Below, piece after piece: positions 59,985 to 64,000 of a stretch of 64,000 nucleotides of DNA. Both the position numbers and the translations under genes were made by a program. A model generated the notes under the pieces. It made no database searches. It was given only the letters and a program-made list of their open reading frames with translations, and was not told where the DNA came from. The stretch lies in contig JANXEK010000001.1 in the NCBI GenBank assembly GCA_025058595.1, positions 16,440 to 80,439 of the forward strand. Direction: 5' to 3'. Source of the DNA: Candidatus Bathyarchaeota archaeon (lineage in GTDB: Archaea; Thermoproteota; CALKCG01; B24; DRYS01). Within the stretch, counting starts at the first letter, position 1. The number at the start of each line of letters is the position of its first letter.

Positions 59985-60296
59985 TTGAGAAGAAGGAGGA
60001 TTGCCTTAGAACGTATAGAGAGATTGTTTGAGCTATCGTTAAAATATTTTGAGAAAAACTCTAATCTAGCTGACAGATACGTGGAGATAGCTCGAAGAAT
60101 ATCTATGAAAACAAGGATTAGGATTCCAAATATATATAAAAGGTACTATATATGTAGAAAGTGCAAACGTTTAATTGTACCAGGATATACATGCCGTATA
60201 AGGATACGAACTGAGGGGAATCCTAGAATCATCGTAACATGTCTTAGGTGCGGCGCTATTAAAAGGATACCTATAAGGCATCGGCATAATCGTTAG
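59985..60296 (+). CDS. rpp21: RNase P protein subunit Rpp21 (Rpr2)
   Basis: Basic N-terminal helices followed by zinc ribbon CRKC ... CLRCG. Confidence 0.7.
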   Translation: MRRRRIALERIERLFELSLKYFEKNSNLADRYVEIARRISMKTRIRIPNIYKRYYICRKCKRLIVPGYTCRIRIRTEGNPRIIVTCLRCGAIKRIPIRHRHNR

Positions 60297-60312
60297 AGTA
60301 GGAATTACTCTC

Positions 60313-60618
60313 TTAACCGAATAACGCAGCTAAACCTTCTAGAGCCCCTTCCTCCTCCTTCTCCTCCTTCCTCTCTTCCTCCTTCTTCGCTTCTACAGTC
60401 TTAGATTCTTCTTTACCAGTAGCGACCGGAGTGGATACAGCTACACCTGCCGATTTTATAACCTCCCCTATATCCACCTCCGATAAAGCTGCCACCAGCG
60501 ATTTAACCCTAGCTTCATCCGGTGTTAAGGATGCTGCATTCAGCACCTTTTTCAAATTCTCCTCATCTATCTTCTGTCCTGAATGGTAGAGTAGCAGAGC
60601 CGCATATATATACTCCAA
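60313..60618 (-). CDS. rpl12: ribosomal stalk protein P1 (aP1/L12e)
   Basis: MEYIYAALLL ... acidic tail ... EGLAALFG. Confidence 0.85.
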   Translation of the reverse strand: MEYIYAALLLYHSGQKIDEENLKKVLNAASLTPDEARVKSLVAALSEVDIGEVIKSAGVAVSTPVATGKEESKTVEAKKEEERKEEKEEEGALEGLAALFG

Positions 60619-60631
60619 ATACGATCACCTC

Positions 60632-61600
60632 CTACCCAAATAGGGCAGCTAACCCTTCCAACCCTCCCTCCTCCTCTTCACTAGGTTCCTCCCCCTCTTT
60701 TAAAGTTTCTCCTCCCTTCATCCTTCCTTCGACCGTCGAATACAGAACGTTAGCGGCTAATACAGCTTTCACTATACTGCTTACGATCATCTCAGGTATG
60801 GGTAAAGCTATACTCGAAACTAGCGATAACGCCGCGTTATAAGCCTTTAAGATTAAAGTTGGTAGGACTTCTACAGCCGGATACTGTATATTAACCGCGA
60901 AATTAAGAGCCGATACTACTGCATCTTTCAGCTTCTCCCTATACTCATCTACATTTATCTTGAGCAGATCTTCAGGTATGAATATCCCATCGGTTAAGGC
61001 CCCCTTAGGATCAAGCCATATAGTTATAGGTTTTATACCAAGTTTAGATAGAATACTCGCAACTTCCGACGATATTTTCTCACCTTTACGCGCTATAACC
61101 TTACTCCGAACTACATTTATAGTACCTTTAACTATTCTAGTCTCTATCCCTAGCTGACTAAAATCGCTTATCGCAGGCCCCGGGGGAATACCTGTATCCC
61201 CCTCAGGTACTACTACATCTTCTGGAGCTACGTCTCCAGGTGATGGTGTTACCGCGACCCTACTTCCATATAGACCTAAACAGATTTTGAACGGATTCTC
61301 TTTGGTAAATATCAACACGTTCTCTCCGGTTAATATTGATTTAAAATTCTCTACATCTATATTTTTATCATAAACTTCTTCTAAAGCTTTTCTAAATAAT
61401 GTATTTTTAGCTACTTTGAAAAGAATTGCCCCTCTAAACTTATTTCTCAGATTGTGTAGATAATTAGCATCAACTCTATGCAACCTAGCTACGATTACTG
61501 TAGGATAATCTAATAAAAGATTCTTCAACTCATATAGTTGCTTTTCCTTCCTCTTCCTTTTAGCGGATAACTTCAAAGTAGACATAAATTTAACCCCCAC
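60632..61600 (-). CDS. rplP0: ribosomal protein P0 (uL10)
   Basis: uL10 N-terminal domain, and a C-terminus (EEEEGGLEGLAALFG) shared with P1. Confidence 0.85.
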   Translation of the reverse strand: MGVKFMSTLKLSAKRKRKEKQLYELKNLLLDYPTVIVARLHRVDANYLHNLRNKFRGAILFKVAKNTLFRKALEEVYDKNIDVENFKSILTGENVLIFTKENPFKICLGLYGSRVAVTPSPGDVAPEDVVVPEGDTGIPPGPAISDFSQLGIETRIVKGTINVVRSKVIARKGEKISSEVASILSKLGIKPITIWLDPKGALTDGIFIPEDLLKINVDEYREKLKDAVVSALNFAVNIQYPAVEVLPTLILKAYNAALSLVSSIALPIPEMIVSSIVKAVLAANVLYSTVEGRMKGGETLKEGEEPSEEEEGGLEGLAALFG

Positions 61601-62264
61601 CTAAGCTTACCTTGACAGCCGGGGTCATCGTACCTTTCACATATATGCTCTCGATATTCTCTATACCTTTAGGCATTCTACTTACAACCTTAGATAATAT
61701 TGCCTCTACATTCTCCACCATCTCATCCACCTTCATACCCTCAACACCTATCCTACACTTAATCTGAGGATTGGTTCTAACCCTAATCCTCACACTGTTC
61801 CTCAGAGATCTCACAACATCCCCGATAGACGTGGTTAAAGTAATAGGTGTAGGCATCTTCCCTCTCGGACCTAGAAACGTACCTAAATATCTACCTACGA
61901 GACCCATATACTGGGCTTCAGCTAGGAAGAAGTCGTATTCATTAGCTAGTTTCTTACCCCTCCTCTTATCGCTACCATATAATGCGAGATCATTAGGCTC
62001 TATAAGTAAGTCTACACCTACATTTCTAGCTTGAGAAGCTAGGGCACCTGAAGCTATCATACATATCTTAGCAGGTTTTCCAGAACCATGTGGTAAGCTT
62101 ATAACATCTACGAATCTATTCTCAGGCTTCTTCAGATCGATATCCCTAAGATTCACTATGAGCTCTACTGATTGCTTGAATCTACGAGGATTCTCTTCTA
62201 TAAATCTGAGAGCTTCCACCACTCCCTTCCTCAATATATCACGCTGCATCTTAGTAAGACTCAT
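61590..62264 (-). CDS. rpl1: ribosomal protein L1 (uL1)
   Basis: L1 fold pattern and its position upstream of P0. Confidence 0.8.
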   Translation of the reverse strand: MSLTKMQRDILRKGVVEALRFIEENPRRFKQSVELIVNLRDIDLKKPENRFVDVISLPHGSGKPAKICMIASGALASQARNVGVDLLIEPNDLALYGSDKRRGKKLANEYDFFLAEAQYMGLVGRYLGTFLGPRGKMPTPITLTTSIGDVVRSLRNSVRIRVRTNPQIKCRIGVEGMKVDEMVENVEAILSKVVSRMPKGIENIESIYVKGTMTPAVKVSLGGG

Positions 62265-62374
62265 CGATTAATCCCCAACCGGCTTATTCATATGGAGTAC
62301 TATAATCCTTAATAAACTTTCCACCTTCCCTATATTTCGTAATTTTTATATATAAGTTAGAGTGAGTCTAACTT

Positions 62375-62779
62375 ATGCTTACATACCTTGAATCGAGGTA
62401 TCTTCTAACCATATACAGGGAGGGAGCCATCACCGAGCATGTTAAACCGTCGAAGATAGCGGAGCTGTTTAACGTAAAGACACCTACATCCATATCGATT
62501 CTTCAAGGTCTCGTTTTGAAGGGATATGTCGCGTATACACCTAGGGTTGGTGTTAAGCTAACGACCGAAGGCTCTATTTACGTGATGAATCTTCTACATA
62601 AACATAGAGTTTTAGAATGCTTCCTTCACGATATCTTAGGTTTCACGAAGGAGGAGGCTCACGAAGAATCTTCGAGGATAGATTTCTTTGTATCAGATAA
62701 ATTTTCAGAATCTTTGTGCAGACTATTGAATACACCTGAGTATTGCCCATGTGGTTTCAGAATTCTTCATGGGCATTAG
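62375..62779 (+). CDS. DtxR/MntR-family metal-dependent transcriptional repressor
   Basis: N-terminal HTH plus a metal-binding helix region (HEES ... C ... H) at ~134 aa. It lies upstream of a Zn/Mn ABC operon. Confidence 0.6.
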   Translation: MLTYLESRYLLTIYREGAITEHVKPSKIAELFNVKTPTSISILQGLVLKGYVAYTPRVGVKLTTEGSIYVMNLLHKHRVLECFLHDILGFTKEEAHEESSRIDFFVSDKFSESLCRLLNTPEYCPCGFRILHGH

Positions 62780-62791
62780 GAGGGAGATATA

Positions 62792-63763
62792 GTGCGGGTA
62801 GTAATACTGCTAATGCTATCCATACTACTCATGGATATGTGTGGTATATCCCTATTATCGGCTTACGATAGAGTTAGAGTTACCGTTACTATAGAACCTT
62901 TAGCGTTGATAGTCAAAGATATCGGAGGAGATAGAGTAGACGTATACACGATAGTACCAGCTTACACGAATCCACATGTATACGCGCCTAAACCTGAAGA
63001 TAGGAGTCTCATAGAGAATTCCGATATATTTGTATGCATAGGTAGGGAGGAGTTTCTAGGATACTTCGAAGATGCCCCAGCTATCAAGCTTGAGCTGGAC
63101 GATTGGAGTAGTGGCATGTATATACCTGGCGGAAACCCGCATTACGTATGGCTTTTCCCACCGAATGCTGTTATCATAGCTGAAGCCATCTATACGGTAC
63201 TATCTAGTATAGACCATGACGGAAGAAACTATTATAGACACAGGTTTGAACAATTCAAGCAAAGCCTCGTAGATGTAGCTAGATGGGTAGAAGCCTGTAA
63301 AAGAACCTATAGGTTGAGCGAGGTTAGAGTAGCTTTAGCCGGATCGCATATGGAGCCGTTAATGGAGTATCTAGGTATAGAGGTTACAGGCATACTTATG
63401 AGGGGAGAGAGGATGGTAGCACCTAGAGATATCGTTGAATTTAGGGGTTCAGCTAAGTCTGCGGATATAATACTTGTCCACCTACTCGAATATGAGCTTG
63501 ATGAAGGGAGGATCGCGAGTGAAGTCTCTAAAGAGGTGGGAGTCCCGATCATGACGTTTAACCCATTACCACTCGGATACGAGAGTAGTTATACCGAATA
63601 CTTGAGGATAATATCATACGGGCTATCGGTATCTTTAGCCAACGTGAAGCTAGGATATCAAAACCGAGCAGCATCGCCGATGCTATGTATAGTAGCCGTA
63701 GCACCGCTCACAATGGTTTCTATCTTCCTACTACTCCTACTACATAGAAAGTATAGGAGGTAA
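62792..63763 (+). CDS. ABC transporter substrate-binding protein, ZnuA/TroA-like (cluster 9), with C-terminal TM anchor
   Basis: Signal/TM at the N-terminus, TroA-like pattern, His ligands, and a C-terminal hydrophobic helix with a KYRR tail. Confidence 0.6.
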   Translation: MRVVILLMLSILLMDMCGISLLSAYDRVRVTVTIEPLALIVKDIGGDRVDVYTIVPAYTNPHVYAPKPEDRSLIENSDIFVCIGREEFLGYFEDAPAIKLELDDWSSGMYIPGGNPHYVWLFPPNAVIIAEAIYTVLSSIDHDGRNYYRHRFEQFKQSLVDVARWVEACKRTYRLSEVRVALAGSHMEPLMEYLGIEVTGILMRGERMVAPRDIVEFRGSAKSADIILVHLLEYELDEGRIASEVSKEVGVPIMTFNPLPLGYESSYTEYLRIISYGLSVSLANVKLGYQNRAASPMLCIVAVAPLTMVSIFLLLLLHRKYRR

Positions 63764-63767
63764 GTTT

Positions 63768-64000
63768 ATGGAGTCCTTCATAGAATTTATAGATGTAAAT
63801 CTGGAGTTTAACGGTAAACCAATACTTTCAGGTATAAGCTTCAAAGTATGTAAGCCTGAGCTTGTACTGATCCTAGGTCCAAACGGAGCTGGTAAAACTA
63901 CGCTTTTAAGGTTGATCGTAGGCATGTTGAAGCCGTCTTCAGGTTTCGTGCGGGTACTAGGTAGAGACCCTCATAGAGATAGATCGACTAGAAGGCTTAT
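63768..64000 (+). CDS. ABC transporter ATP-binding protein (ZnuC-like), 5' partial; runs off window
   Basis: Walker A GPNGAGKTT, and an operon with the substrate-binding protein. Confidence 0.7.
   Translation, partial: MESFIEFIDVNLEFNGKPILSGISFKVCKPELVLILGPNGAGKTTLLRLIVGMLKPSSGFVRVLGRDPHRDRSTRRL

Noticed and set aside
62265-62374. rpl11 expected upstream of rpl1
   Set aside because: The next gene is a plus-strand DtxR regulator, so L11 is not encoded adjacent to L1 in this window.
1-64000. CRISPR arrays, cas genes, IS elements, rRNA operons
   Set aside because: No regularly spaced direct repeats, no Cas-like or transposase-like ORFs, and no rRNA-like sequence were seen on manual inspection.

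Overview
This is a 64 kb archaeal chromosomal segment. Gene content (archaeal-type ribosomal proteins, an exosome/proteasome/RNase P superoperon, RFC, Orc1/Cdc6, LysW-mediated Lys/Arg biosynthesis and many glycoside hydrolases) suggests a saccharolytic, TACK/Crenarchaeota-like thermophile; this is inferred from content, not from a database hit. The left ~44 kb (1-44.5 kb) is metabolic and accessory-like and is bracketed by two near-identical, inverted tRNA-Thr genes. It carries GH29, GH42 and GH3 glycosidases, a tungsten-type aldehyde:ferredoxin oxidoreductase with a divergent SPASM radical-SAM maturase, and RFC small and large subunits. It also holds a MfnB-like gene, Orc1/Cdc6, argG-lysW-lysZ-lysK, nop5-fibrillarin-trm1, a FucI-like/galK/galT sugar cluster, an amino-sugar/KDG-aldolase-like cluster, and a membrane protease pair (SppA fusion + CPBP). 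The right ~20 kb is the conserved informational superoperon: Pcc1, L37ae, Rrp42/Rrp41/Rrp4, SBDS, proteasome alpha, Pop5, Rpp30 and DUF54. It continues with pyrI, a wHTH/ATP-cone/NrdD-like protein, pyrH, the PAC2-Nop10-aIF2alpha-S27e block, Nep1, Rpp21, P1/P0/L1, and a DtxR + Zn/Mn ABC uptake operon. No CRISPR array, integrase, transposase or rRNA gene was seen. The most interesting signals are (i) the wHTH-ATP-cone-NrdD-like fusion beside orphan pyrI and pyrH, (ii) the radical-SAM maturase/AOR pair, and (iii) the SppA-DUF4350-like fusion operonic with a Zn-ribbon CPBP protease next to a tRNA. Further signals are (iv) a decayed locus at 34.4-36.7 kb and a frameshifted stand-alone RAM-domain gene, (v) an unannotated lysW in a partial LysW pathway cluster, and (vi) a MfnB-like gene overlapping RFC-large.
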